Below are positions 55,528-64,000 of a stretch of 64,000 bases of DNA, piece after piece. How positions within the stretch are numbered: the first letter of the stretch is position 1; each line of letters starts with the position of its first letter. The notes under the pieces were generated by a model. The model did no database searches. It was given only the letters and a program-made list of their open reading frames with translations, and was not told where the DNA came from. Position numbers and translations under genes: made by a program. The stretch is taken from the NCBI GenBank assembly GCA_964515005.1, contig CAZEVT010000002.1:28968-92967 (forward strand), read 5' to 3'. The DNA is from an uncultured Gammaproteobacteria bacterium. GTDB taxonomy: Bacteria; Patescibacteriota; Microgenomatia; UBA10105; UBA927.

Positions 55528-55854
55528 ATGAAAAAATTCCGGACTGACCCGTTCCCTACTGCCACGCCAAGTAACTACCCGACTCCGGAAGTGAAAGAAC
55601 TGTTTCAAGCAATCCTTGCGCTCAAGAACGAAACAGAGGCAAAAAGCTTTTTCCGCGACTTACTCACGATGGCGGAAATAAAAGAGTTTTCCAACCGCTG
55701 GCAGATGGTAAAGTTGATCTCCCAAGGAGCCTCCTACGCCACCATTGCAAAAAAACTAAACGTGTCAACCGCCACCGTCACTCGGGTCGCTCATTGGTTC
55801 AAAAAAGGTTTCGGCGGATATAAGGCAATTGCCGACCGCCAATTCTCCCCTTGA
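55528..55854 (+). CDS. TrpR/YerC-YecD-like helix-turn-helix protein
   Basis: ELFQAILALKNETEAKSFFRDLLTMAEIKEFSNRWQMVKLISQGASYATIAKKLNVSTATVTRV is the Trp-repressor-like fold pattern. Confidence 0.5.
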   Translation: MKKFRTDPFPTATPSNYPTPEVKELFQAILALKNETEAKSFFRDLLTMAEIKEFSNRWQMVKLISQGASYATIAKKLNVSTATVTRVAHWFKKGFGGYKAIADRQFSP

Positions 55855-55892
55855 CAATGACATATTAGCGTGTTAATATATTAACGCGTTAA
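55851..55892 (+). promoter_or_regulatory. Candidate promoter (TTGACA, 17-bp spacer, TAATAT) overlapped by two palindromes
   Basis: Dyad GTTAATATATTAAC (55872-55885) and perfect 12-bp TTAACGCGTTAA (55881-55892). Lies immediately after the TrpR-like gene and about 200 bp upstream of the ammonia-lyase gene. Confidence 0.35.
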
Positions 55893-56097
55893 TACGCATG
55901 ATCTGTCTATGAATCTTTTTCGATCACTCATTATCACTTCGTATCAAGCCGATTCTGTCGGCTTTTCCTCGTTGCATCATCGCCTTATCTAAACCTACGC
56001 ATGGTCGAGGCGAGACCAATTCCTCAAACTAGCTTTCTTCATTTTCTCTCTCCTCTCCCATTCGCAGGTTTTATTATTCTGCGAAGAAGGAGGTTCT

Positions 56098-57627
56098 ATG
56101 AAAAATGTTGTTACCCTGACGGGTGATTCGCTCACCATTGAAAACGTAGTTGCTGTGGCACGAAACAATGCCAAAGTTGTCGTACCCAAAAAGGTTATTA
56201 AACAGATACAGGATAATTGGGAGGCAATCGCAGAAATGCTTGAGCGCGGCGACACGATGTATGGCCTCAACACCGGCATCGGTGGATTCGGTAATGTCAA
56301 AATATCCAAAGACAAAGCCGGTGAGCTATCAACACGCATGCTCCGGGCCCATTCTTCAGGGTATGGCAATCCTGTTGATGTGGAAACGGCGAGGGCCACG
56401 CTCCTTTTGCGGCTCAACGTATTTGCCAAGGGGTATAGCGGACTCCGGCCAAAATTGTTTTTGACCTTCGTTGAGATGCTCAACCGTGGTGTGACTCCTC
56501 TCTTCTATGAAAAGGGCTCTGTCGGAACAAGCGGCGACTTGGCCCCGCTATCCCAAATGGGGTTGGTCATCATCGGTGAAGGCAAAGCGTATTACAAAGG
56601 ACAGGTATATCCGGGCGATGTTGCTATGAAACGCGCAGACATACCTATCGTTCCCCTTGCCTATCGCGAGGGACTCGCAATTATGAACGGCAGTCAATTT
56701 ATGACAGCGATTGCCGCGCTAAATATTTATGACGCAGAGCGACTCATCAAACAAACAGAAATTGTTTGCAGTATGACGATTGACGTCCTCAATTGTGTCG
56801 AGAGTGCGTATAGCAAAGAATATAACGGCGTGCGGCCGTTTAAGGGGCAAAACATCACCGCGGCAAACATTCGAACCATCACGCGCGGCAGCGAGCTGAT
56901 GAAACAGCCAAAGAAAAACGTCCAGAATGCATATTCGCTCCGCAGCGTCCCGCAGGTGGTTGGCGCGATCCGGGATGCGCTCGATTATATACGACCTATT
57001 ACAGAAATAGAGATGAACGCAGTTGCCGATAATCCTATTTTCTTTACGAAAGAAAAGGTATGTCGGACAGGAGCTAATTTTCACGGTGCACCGATTGGAT
57101 ATACGCAGGATTTACTCGGCATTGTCATCACCGATATGGGAAACATATCAGAGAGGCAAACCAACAATCTCATGGACCCTGCCTGTTCCAAAGACTTACC
57201 AGCGTTCTTGGTTGAGAGCGCCGGGCTTGATTCTGGCCTCATGATCTCGCAGTACACGCAGGCCGCTCTTGTGTCTGAGAATAAAATCCTTGCAAGTCCA
57301 GCAAGCGTTGATTCGATCCCTGTTTCGGGCAACCAAGAGGATCACGTTTCGTTCGGAACGATTGCTGCACGCAAAGCAAGGGAGATTATCAGAAATACAG
57401 AAGCGGTCGTTGCCATACAACTTTTGGCAACGTGCCAAGCTTATGAATTTCGTAAGCCGCTGGCGCCATCGCCGACTTTTCAGGCGGTGTACAAACTCGT
57501 GCGAAGAGTAAGTTCGGCCATTACCGAGGACCGGGCCTTTTACAGGGATATTGAAGTAATGGTTCCGCTTATTCGCGAATATAAAGTATTGTCTGCAGCT
57601 GAAAAAACCATAGGCAAGCTTTTATGA
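56098..57627 (+). CDS. Aromatic amino acid / histidine ammonia-lyase family protein with an MIO cofactor
   Basis: GSVGTSGDLAPLSQM holds a TSG triad at the MIO-forming position, where ASG is usual. Shine-Dalgarno AAGGAGGT precedes the ATG. 509 aa. Confidence 0.85.
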   Translation: MKNVVTLTGDSLTIENVVAVARNNAKVVVPKKVIKQIQDNWEAIAEMLERGDTMYGLNTGIGGFGNVKISKDKAGELSTRMLRAHSSGYGNPVDVETARATLLLRLNVFAKGYSGLRPKLFLTFVEMLNRGVTPLFYEKGSVGTSGDLAPLSQMGLVIIGEGKAYYKGQVYPGDVAMKRADIPIVPLAYREGLAIMNGSQFMTAIAALNIYDAERLIKQTEIVCSMTIDVLNCVESAYSKEYNGVRPFKGQNITAANIRTITRGSELMKQPKKNVQNAYSLRSVPQVVGAIRDALDYIRPITEIEMNAVADNPIFFTKEKVCRTGANFHGAPIGYTQDLLGIVITDMGNISERQTNNLMDPACSKDLPAFLVESAGLDSGLMISQYTQAALVSENKILASPASVDSIPVSGNQEDHVSFGTIAARKAREIIRNTEAVVAIQLLATCQAYEFRKPLAPSPTFQAVYKLVRRVSSAITEDRAFYRDIEVMVPLIREYKVLSAAEKTIGKLL

Positions 57628-57642
57628 AAGAGGCGATGCATT

Positions 57643-57858
57643 ATGTCAAAAATAGAAATATTAGAAGGACTAATCGAAAAAATATACAGGAACAACCCGA
57701 TATATCTTCCCAAGAAATCTTGGCTTAGAACCGTAAACGGTCCTATCGTTGAGGGTGTGGGCGCTCCTGAACCTGGGGAGTATGAAGCATGGATTAGCAC
57801 ATGTCGGAGTTGGTTGGAAAACGATATCGAGGTAGCAAACGATTCCCCCATTCCATAA
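57643..57858 (+). CDS. Hypothetical small protein
   Basis: 71 aa immediately downstream of the ammonia-lyase gene; no recognisable motifs. Confidence 0.3.
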   Translation: MSKIEILEGLIEKIYRNNPIYLPKKSWLRTVNGPIVEGVGAPEPGEYEAWISTCRSWLENDIEVANDSPIP

Positions 57859-57885
57859 TACCCATGATATATAATGCAATGAACT

Positions 57886-58902
57886 ATGTTTTCACCGTTA
57901 AAAAATATTGACGCATTACTCATAACGGACCCGACAAATATTCGGTATCTGACGGGGTTTGTCAGCGTCGAAGATAGAGACGCATATGTGCTACTGACAA
58001 AAGACAACACCTACTTTTTTACTTCTTCCCTGTATATGGAACAAGCCAAAAAATTATCACCCATCCAAATCTCCAGAGACGATCCGATTGCAAAAGAAGT
58101 AGAAAAACTCTGCGAAAAGTTACACATTAAAAAACTTGGGTTTGAGGAGTCGGATCTGACGGTTTCCGAATATAACAAGTTAAAAAGTCTACCCCTTGTT
58201 CCGACAGCCAATAGAATTGAAGAGCTGCGTATGATCAAACGCGCTGATGAAATTGCGAATATACGCTTGGCGACCAGTCTTACGGATCAATGTTTCAAAT
58301 TCATCGCCCGCCGCATACGACCCGGCGTCACAGAATCCCGCCTTGCACAGGAAATCGAGGGGTTCCTGCGGTACCATGGGGCTGAAAACGCATTCCCCCC
58401 GATCGTTGCTTTTAACGAACACAGTTCCCAACCTCATTATCAGACGCGGAGTCATGATCCGCTGCGGCGCGGCTCACTCGTGCTTCTCGATTTTGGCGCA
58501 AAAATAAACGGGTACTGTGCCGATATGACGCGTGTTGTGTTTTTGGGCACGCCGAACCCTGAATGGAAACGGGCCTACGATACCGTTTTGCAGGCACAAA
58601 GCAAGGCGCTTGAGCTCTTGGCTAGCGGCACAAGAAGCGGGAGGACACTGGACGCCGCTGCAAAAGAAGTGATTGCCAAAGCACATCTGCCGCCCTACTC
58701 TCATAGCTTGGGGCACAACGTGGGCCTGGATGTTCACGAAGGACCGCGCCTGACGGTCAAAAAAGACAAAACACTTCTGCCCGGTATGGTGTTTTCCGTC
58801 GAGCCGGGAATGTACATCGAGGGCCGGTATGGCATACGCATCGAAGACTTGGTACTATTGAAAGAGGACGGTATCGACATACTATCCAAATCAAACAAAT
58901 AA
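57886..58902 (+). CDS. pepP: M24-family Xaa-Pro aminopeptidase
   Basis: Metal ligands HSLGHNVGLDVHE and SVEPGMY...RIED. Confidence 0.8.
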   Translation: MFSPLKNIDALLITDPTNIRYLTGFVSVEDRDAYVLLTKDNTYFFTSSLYMEQAKKLSPIQISRDDPIAKEVEKLCEKLHIKKLGFEESDLTVSEYNKLKSLPLVPTANRIEELRMIKRADEIANIRLATSLTDQCFKFIARRIRPGVTESRLAQEIEGFLRYHGAENAFPPIVAFNEHSSQPHYQTRSHDPLRRGSLVLLDFGAKINGYCADMTRVVFLGTPNPEWKRAYDTVLQAQSKALELLASGTRSGRTLDAAAKEVIAKAHLPPYSHSLGHNVGLDVHEGPRLTVKKDKTLLPGMVFSVEPGMYIEGRYGIRIEDLVLLKEDGIDILSKSNK

Positions 58903-58903
58903 T

Positions 58904-60118
58904 ATGATCAAAGCACAAACGCTCAAAGGATTTCGAGATTTTTTACCGGAAGAGGCAGCGAAGCGTAAATGGCTACGAGATAAACTCGCGGCAATTTGCG
59001 AGTCGTGGGGTTTTGCGCCTCTTGAAACACCTACTCTGGAACCGCTTGAGATATTTACCGGAGCCATAGGAGAAGACGAAAAACTCTTCTTTAAATTCAA
59101 GGACCAGGGCGATCGCGAAGTGGCACTTCGGTACGACCAAACCGTCCCCACGTGCAGACTTATTGCGCAGTACCAAAACACGCTCACGTTTCCATTCAAA
59201 CGGTACCAAATCCAACCCGCGTTCCGCTCAGAAAAACCGCAGAAAGGCCGCTACCGTGAATTTACCCAAGTGGACGCAGATATTTTTGGTGTCAAAACTC
59301 CAGATGCAGATGCGGAGGTTATCGCATTATCACTTGATATTTACCGCCAACTTGGCTTCAAACGCGCGCTAGTTCGTATTAATTCGCGTGCTTTATTTAA
59401 AGATATGCCATATGAGGCAATTGTCTCGATAGATAAGATAAAAAAGATCGGCGATGAAGGCGTCATCCGCGAAATGGGAAAGAAGGGAATTTCTCTGGCA
59501 AAAGCGAAAGAGTATCTTGCATATGTCAAAGGTCTCCAACCAAACGAGGAGATTCGTTTTATCTTGCAATATCTCAAAAACTACGGATTTCCGGATGATT
59601 GGTACCAATTTGATCCGACCATAGCCCGATCGTTTTCTTACTCTATGGGACCGATTTGGGAAATCGAGATTCCTGATGCAGGGTATGATATGTCGGTTCT
59701 TGGTGGCGAACGCTTTGACGGACTAGTCGAGAAGTTATCGGGGAAAGATATCGGGGGAACGGGATTTGGACTCGGGTTTGACCGAACGCTGGAGGCGGCC
59801 GACTTGCTCGGTCTGACGCCCACGCTGACGACCGCAGGCCAGATACTGGTTACCGTTTTTTCGGGTGACCTTCTTCCGGAGTCGCAACGAGTGACAAGAC
59901 AACTGCGAGACCGCGGCCTATCGGTCGACCTCTACCCGACAACCGATAAGCTTGAAAAACAGCTCAAATACGCCGACCGCAAAGGCATCCCGTATGTCCT
60001 CATCCAGGGGCCGGAAGAAGTGAAAAAGGGATTGGTGAAACTCAAAAATATGGCAACGAAAGAACAGGAAGATCTGACGATTGACGCGGTCATAAACAAA
60101 TTAACCTCGGCATCATAA
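58904..60118 (+). CDS. hisS: Histidine--tRNA ligase
   Basis: Class II motifs (QTLKGFRDFLPEEA; RYQIQPAFRSEKPQKGRYREFTQ) and a C-terminal anticodon-binding domain. Confidence 0.9.
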   Translation: MIKAQTLKGFRDFLPEEAAKRKWLRDKLAAICESWGFAPLETPTLEPLEIFTGAIGEDEKLFFKFKDQGDREVALRYDQTVPTCRLIAQYQNTLTFPFKRYQIQPAFRSEKPQKGRYREFTQVDADIFGVKTPDADAEVIALSLDIYRQLGFKRALVRINSRALFKDMPYEAIVSIDKIKKIGDEGVIREMGKKGISLAKAKEYLAYVKGLQPNEEIRFILQYLKNYGFPDDWYQFDPTIARSFSYSMGPIWEIEIPDAGYDMSVLGGERFDGLVEKLSGKDIGGTGFGLGFDRTLEAADLLGLTPTLTTAGQILVTVFSGDLLPESQRVTRQLRDRGLSVDLYPTTDKLEKQLKYADRKGIPYVLIQGPEEVKKGLVKLKNMATKEQEDLTIDAVINKLTSAS

Positions 60119-60119
60119 C

Positions 60120-61028
60120 ATGAAACGCCATACTGCCTACCTGTACCTCCTTCTGGTTTCAATCATCTGGGGAGCCGCATCTCCGGTCGTCAAAAATACC
60201 CTCACCTGGTTTGATCCGTGGATATTCCTCACCTATCGGTTTGGGATAAGCGCCGCAATCGCCATTCCGTACCTTTGGCTCACGCGGGCCAAGATTCCCA
60301 AAAAGTCTTCGAGTCTGGGGCTCGTACTTCTTACCGGACTCATATCTACTCCCCTTTCGCTCTGGCTGTTTTTTGAGGCGCTAAGTAAAACCACCGCGCT
60401 TTCCGGAAGTTTGTTGACTGCTGTGGGGCCGCTTCTTATGATCCTTGGGGGAGCCATATTTTTCCATGACCGGGTCACGCACCACGAACGGATCGGCATT
60501 GCCGTCACCATCGTGGGTGCGCTCGTCGCCGCAGTTGGCCCGCTCATTCTCAACGGCCAACCCGATACGCTCGGAAAATTTGAAGGAAACATGATTATGC
60601 TCGCTGCAGTAGTCACGGATCTTATAGGCGCACTGCTGACCAAGCAGGCCATGGAAAGAAAAATAAATGCGGCGTTCCTGGCCCAATCACAGTTTATCCT
60701 CGGGTTTGCTATTTTTCTTCCGATTGTCCTTCTTCAGAGGTCAGCCGGTGACATCGTGAGCGTCATAACCCGCGCGCCGCTTGAGGCGCATCTGGGAGTC
60801 CTTTTTATGGCCGTGTTTTCCGGAACCATCGCCTATACGTTGCGGAATATCGCCATCAAAACTGTTGAGATATCCGAGTCTGCACTTTTCATCTATCTCC
60901 AACCTTTGTGGGCGGCGATTCTTGCTGTTCTCTGGCTTGGGGAGCCGATAACCAAATCATACATTCTCGGAGGCGTCATTATTGCAGTCGGAGTACTCGT
61001 TGCGCAGCAGCGTCGACACCGAAGCTAA
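60120..61028 (+). CDS. EamA/DMT-family transporter
   Basis: Ten transmembrane segments with EamA duplication. Confidence 0.6.
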   Translation: MKRHTAYLYLLLVSIIWGAASPVVKNTLTWFDPWIFLTYRFGISAAIAIPYLWLTRAKIPKKSSSLGLVLLTGLISTPLSLWLFFEALSKTTALSGSLLTAVGPLLMILGGAIFFHDRVTHHERIGIAVTIVGALVAAVGPLILNGQPDTLGKFEGNMIMLAAVVTDLIGALLTKQAMERKINAAFLAQSQFILGFAIFLPIVLLQRSAGDIVSVITRAPLEAHLGVLFMAVFSGTIAYTLRNIAIKTVEISESALFIYLQPLWAAILAVLWLGEPITKSYILGGVIIAVGVLVAQQRRHRS

Positions 61029-61047
61029 ACCGTGATATAATTCTTCT

Positions 61048-61356
61048 ATGAAATCCGATATTCACCCGAAATGGTACCCGGCTGCAGTTGTTTCCTGCGC
61101 GTGCGGCAACAAGTTTGTCGTGGGCGCAACCAAGCCCGAGCTTCGTGCGGAAATCTGCTACAAATGCCACCCGTTTTTCACGGGCGAAATGAAGTTTGTC
61201 GATACCATGGGGCGCGTTGACCGCTTCCAGCAAAAACAGAAAGCAGCCGAAGCCCAGGCGACCGTCCTTGCTGCAAAAAAGAAAAAGAAAACAGAACGCG
61301 AACAGCAGCTTCGCAATCCCAAGTCGCTGAAGGACATGTTGATGGGACTGACGTAA
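61048..61356 (+). CDS. rpmE: 50S ribosomal protein L31 (zinc-ribbon type, with a C-terminal extension)
   Basis: [10 protein letters not shown]...CACGNKF...[10 protein letters not shown]. Its TAA stop overlaps the next ATG by 1 nt. Confidence 0.9.
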   Translation: MKSDIHPKWYPAAVVSCACGNKFVVGATKPELRAEICYKCHPFFTGEMKFVDTMGRVDRFQQKQKAAEAQATVLAAKKKKKTEREQQLRNPKSLKDMLMGLT

Positions 61357-62060
61357 TGAACTCCGATATAGCAATCCTCGAATTTCGACCCGGTCCGGGG
61401 GGCGAAGAAGCAAAAAATTGGGCCGCGGACCTCATGCGCATGTACACTCGCTACGCAAACCTTTCGGGCTGGAAAGTAGAGCAAATAGCCGATATGGCGA
61501 TTCGCATCCGAGGCGCGCAGGCATTCACGAAGCTCCAGTATGAGGCAGGCACCCACCGCGTCCAGCGCGTGCCCTCGACGGAACGCTCGGGGCGCATTCA
61601 CACCTCTACCGCCACGGTGGCGGTGCTTCCGGAGATTCCTGAAACCGAAGTGACGATCCGCCCCGAAGATATTGAATGGGATTTTTTCCGCAGCGGCGGC
61701 GCAGGTGGACAAAATGTAAATAAGGTCTCATCTGCCGCGCGCATTCGCCATAAACCGTCGGGCATAGTTGTATCTGCGCAAACAGAACGCGACCAGTACC
61801 AAAACCGACAAGTTGCCCTCTCCATGCTGCGGGCAAAGCTCTGGGAACTGGAAGAAATAAAAGCAGCGGCAACGATGGGGGCGGCCAGAAGTGTGATCGG
61901 CCGCGGCATGCGGGCGGAAAAAATCCGTACGTACAACTTTCCCCAAAACCGCGTCACCGACCACCGCATCGGCAAAAGCTGGCACAATCTGGACGACATT
62001 ATCGAAGGAAAACTTACGAAGATTACCGAAGCGATGACTGCAACAGGCGCTACAATCTAA
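61356..62060 (+). CDS. prfA: Class-I peptide chain release factor (RF1-like PxT) lacking the N-terminal domain 1
   Basis: 234 aa. Aligns from RF1 domain 2 (DIAILEFRPGPGGEEA) onward. Codon-recognition motif PST (RVQRVPSTERSGRIHTS) and GGQ motif (SGGAGGQNVNK). Confidence 0.7.
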   Translation: MNSDIAILEFRPGPGGEEAKNWAADLMRMYTRYANLSGWKVEQIADMAIRIRGAQAFTKLQYEAGTHRVQRVPSTERSGRIHTSTATVAVLPEIPETEVTIRPEDIEWDFFRSGGAGGQNVNKVSSAARIRHKPSGIVVSAQTERDQYQNRQVALSMLRAKLWELEEIKAAATMGAARSVIGRGMRAEKIRTYNFPQNRVTDHRIGKSWHNLDDIIEGKLTKITEAMTATGATI

Positions 62061-62464
62061 TATCTATTCCTACCGAAGAACTCTTGATAGGGGCCATTCT
62101 TCTTTCGAAGTTCTTCTTCTTGCTCTCTTTTTTCAAGTGCAAGCACTTCTCTGGCGGCATCTTGATACACGCTTTGCTCTTTAGGATTCCATAAATCTGG
62201 AACCTCCTCTTTTGGGAACTTCTTTTTGTATCGTGTAATAACTTCTCTCGCTTCAGGCTCAACCCATTTGCGAGTCTTCTCTGGTAAGGCTTGGAAAAAA
62301 TTTACCGGCCTCTCTGACGTTGTATGATTGTGAGCGTTGAGTAATCGATTTCCCAATTCGTCTCTTTCTTCTTTGTTCGGAGCACGAAGCATCAAAAATT
62401 TGGCTAGCATTGCAAATACCGGAAAATGTTTGTGTTGTCTGCCACTCATAGGATGCACTACCAA
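62057..62464 (-). CDS. Hypothetical protein
   Basis: 135 aa, charged and helical. Convergent with prfA, overlapping by 4 nt. Confidence 0.35.
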   Translation of the reverse strand: MVVHPMSGRQHKHFPVFAMLAKFLMLRAPNKEERDELGNRLLNAHNHTTSERPVNFFQALPEKTRKWVEPEAREVITRYKKKFPKEEVPDLWNPKEQSVYQDAAREVLALEKREQEEELRKKNGPYQEFFGRNRY

Positions 62465-62470
62465 ACAAAA

Positions 62471-63727
62471 TTATTTTAGTAACAATTCAATCGCCTTGGC
62501 AAGCTGGGCGTCGCGGGTCGCGTCGAATTCTTCCATGGGGACCAACACATCCGGAGTGATGCCTTTTTGACTGATCGAATCGCCTTTTGGAAGAAGCCAT
62601 CTTCCGGTCGTGATATGAATGCTTGACCCGTCCGGCAAGTCCTCCGGCGTCTGCACCGTGCCTTTGCCAAACGACGTCTCGCCGACCAAGGTCGCCCGCT
62701 GGTAGTCCCTGAGGGCTCCGGCGACGATCTCCGAGGCAGAGGCGCTTCCTTTATTGATAAGGACAATCAAAGGAATATCAAGAAGTTTCCCTTTTCGCAA
62801 AACTGGATAATCCTGCTTTGTGCCGTCGCTATTGACTTGTGATACCACAATGCCGTTTTTCAAAAATTCACTCGCGATAAATACCGAGCCGTCCAGATAC
62901 CCGCCCGGGTTATTCCGAAGATCAACGATAAGTCCTTTGGCTCCAGACGCCGCCACCTGCGACACTGCTTTCCCCCAGTCTTCATTGCTATGGTCGCCGA
63001 AGCGGGAGAGACGAATATAGGCGACGCGTTCGGGCATAACCCGCAGGTCCAGTCCGGAAACTTCCGTAATCTCCCCGGGTACTTTAATCCAGGATTCCAC
63101 CGACGGCACGGTGATCGTGTTCCTCACAATGGATACGTCAACGGGCTTACTGTCTCCGTCATGAAGAATCGAAAGCTTGACCGTGGTGCCCCGGGGACCT
63201 CGAATTTTGTTTACCGCCTCGTTTACTGACCAGCCGGTGGTATCGACTTCGTCGACTTTCAGAATATAGTCACCGGCGCGAATGCCGGCTTTTTCTGCAG
63301 GATTTCCCTTCAGGGGCGCAATCACCATCACACGGTTGTCGCGGGTACCGAGCTGCGCGCCGATGCCTTCAAATTGACCTCCCAAATCGTCTTTGAAATC
63401 TTTGTTGTCTTTGGGAGGCAAGTAGGTCGTATACGGATCCCCCAGGGCGTTAACCATTCCTGAGATTGCGCCCCAGACCATCTTTTGCGGATCGATAGTT
63501 GCGCGGTCGATGAATGATCTTGTGAGCCGCTGCCAGACATCCCAAAAAAGAGAAAAGTCTATATCCACCTCGGGCGGAGCCGTCTGATTAACGACAATCC
63601 GCTTGTCAGGCGAAAAGGTGACGGTTGCGCGGCGCTCTCCCAATCGGTAGCCGATCCCGGAGGAAAAAATTACAAGGGCGAGAATGAGAATGAAGGAACG
63701 GATTTTAGAAAACGGCAGTATTTTCAT
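62471..63727 (-). CDS. ctpA: Carboxyl-terminal processing protease (S41) with a PDZ domain
   Basis: PDZ segment (GNPAEKAGIRAGDYILKVDEV), catalytic Ser region (LVGETSFGKGTVQT) and the Lys region. Confidence 0.85.
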   Translation of the reverse strand: MKILPFSKIRSFILILALVIFSSGIGYRLGERRATVTFSPDKRIVVNQTAPPEVDIDFSLFWDVWQRLTRSFIDRATIDPQKMVWGAISGMVNALGDPYTTYLPPKDNKDFKDDLGGQFEGIGAQLGTRDNRVMVIAPLKGNPAEKAGIRAGDYILKVDEVDTTGWSVNEAVNKIRGPRGTTVKLSILHDGDSKPVDVSIVRNTITVPSVESWIKVPGEITEVSGLDLRVMPERVAYIRLSRFGDHSNEDWGKAVSQVAASGAKGLIVDLRNNPGGYLDGSVFIASEFLKNGIVVSQVNSDGTKQDYPVLRKGKLLDIPLIVLINKGSASASEIVAGALRDYQRATLVGETSFGKGTVQTPEDLPDGSSIHITTGRWLLPKGDSISQKGITPDVLVPMEEFDATRDAQLAKAIELLLK

Positions 63728-63729
63728 TG

Positions 63730-63972
63730 TTATGCGCGGACGACAAATGGCAACAGTGCCACATGGCGAGCTCTTTTTATGGCGACCGTTATCCCCCTTT
63801 GGTGCGTGGCACAGACTCCGGTCCGGGCGCGGCCCAAAATCTTCCCGCGTTCGGTCATGTATTTGCCGATCGTTCCGACGTCTTTGTAGTCAGGCTCTGT
63901 TTTGCCGGCACAAAACGGACAGTTTTTGGCAACCGGCCGCTCACGCCTCTTATCAAATCTTCGCTTCATCAT
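63730..63972 (-). CDS. rpsR: 30S ribosomal protein S18
   Basis: [52 protein letters not shown] is the canonical S18 sequence. Confidence 0.9.
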   Translation of the reverse strand: MMKRRFDKRRERPVAKNCPFCAGKTEPDYKDVGTIGKYMTERGKILGRARTGVCATHQRGITVAIKRARHVALLPFVVRA

Positions 63973-64000
63973 ATTTAAAATGGTATATCATCCGGGTTCA

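Overview
This is a gene-dense bacterial segment of about 50% GC, coding on both strands, that uses the standard code (TGA terminates recG, rpmF and an integrase). It carries a Candidate Phyla Radiation-like gene set by inference: a complete type IV pilus locus, an intein in gyrB and many small hypothetical proteins.

- **Housekeeping block, 1-3.4 kb:** 3' end of recG, rpmF, a nusB-like gene, rnc, rpsP, a KH-domain protein and trmD.
- **Type IV pilus super-locus, 3.36-18.8 kb, all minus strand:** pilB, pilT, pilC, a candidate major pilin, pilD and five further prepilin-like genes, a 529-aa Cys-rich secreted protein, a PilX-like protein, then pilM, pilN and pilO. It is interrupted by two plus-strand inserts, a DUF4258/DUF2283 toxin-antitoxin pair and a low-GC island of hypotheticals.
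- **20.5-28.3 kb:** gyrB carrying a 434-aa HNH-type intein at the EGDSAGG/SAKQ site, followed by a membrane pyrophosphatase gene (hppA), then gyrA.
- **28.6-36.3 kb:** EamA transporter, folD, a SIMPL/DUF541 protein, a 19-bp tandem hairpin repeat, a C39-like peptidase, ddl, and two tyrosine recombinases bracketing two hypotheticals. A 670-bp GC-rich structured non-coding stretch follows.
- **Accessory region, 39.5-45.8 kb:** a frameshifted tgt, a 517-aa hypothetical with an OmpR-type winged-helix regulator that lacks a receiver domain, a sigma region-4 protein, an AbrB/PIN toxin-antitoxin pair, and an AbiEii-like nucleotidyltransferase. A ~42-nt cassette encoding the tail ...KISRLKIEHGAG* is repeated here at three gene 3' ends.
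- **45.8-64 kb:** kefB-like antiporter, rluA, a dksA-like gene, lgt, an MFS transporter, a Nif3-family gene, and tRNA-Leu(CAA) flanked by three copies of a 34-nt TGATATAAT-hairpin module. Then dnaB, a HAL/PAL-family ammonia-lyase with a TSG cofactor triad downstream of a TrpR/YerC-like gene and a palindromic promoter, pepP, hisS, rpmE coupled to an N-terminally truncated RF1-like release factor, ctpA and rpsR.

No rRNA genes or CRISPR arrays were seen. Coordinates I derived by hand for non-ORF features may be off by 1-2 nt.
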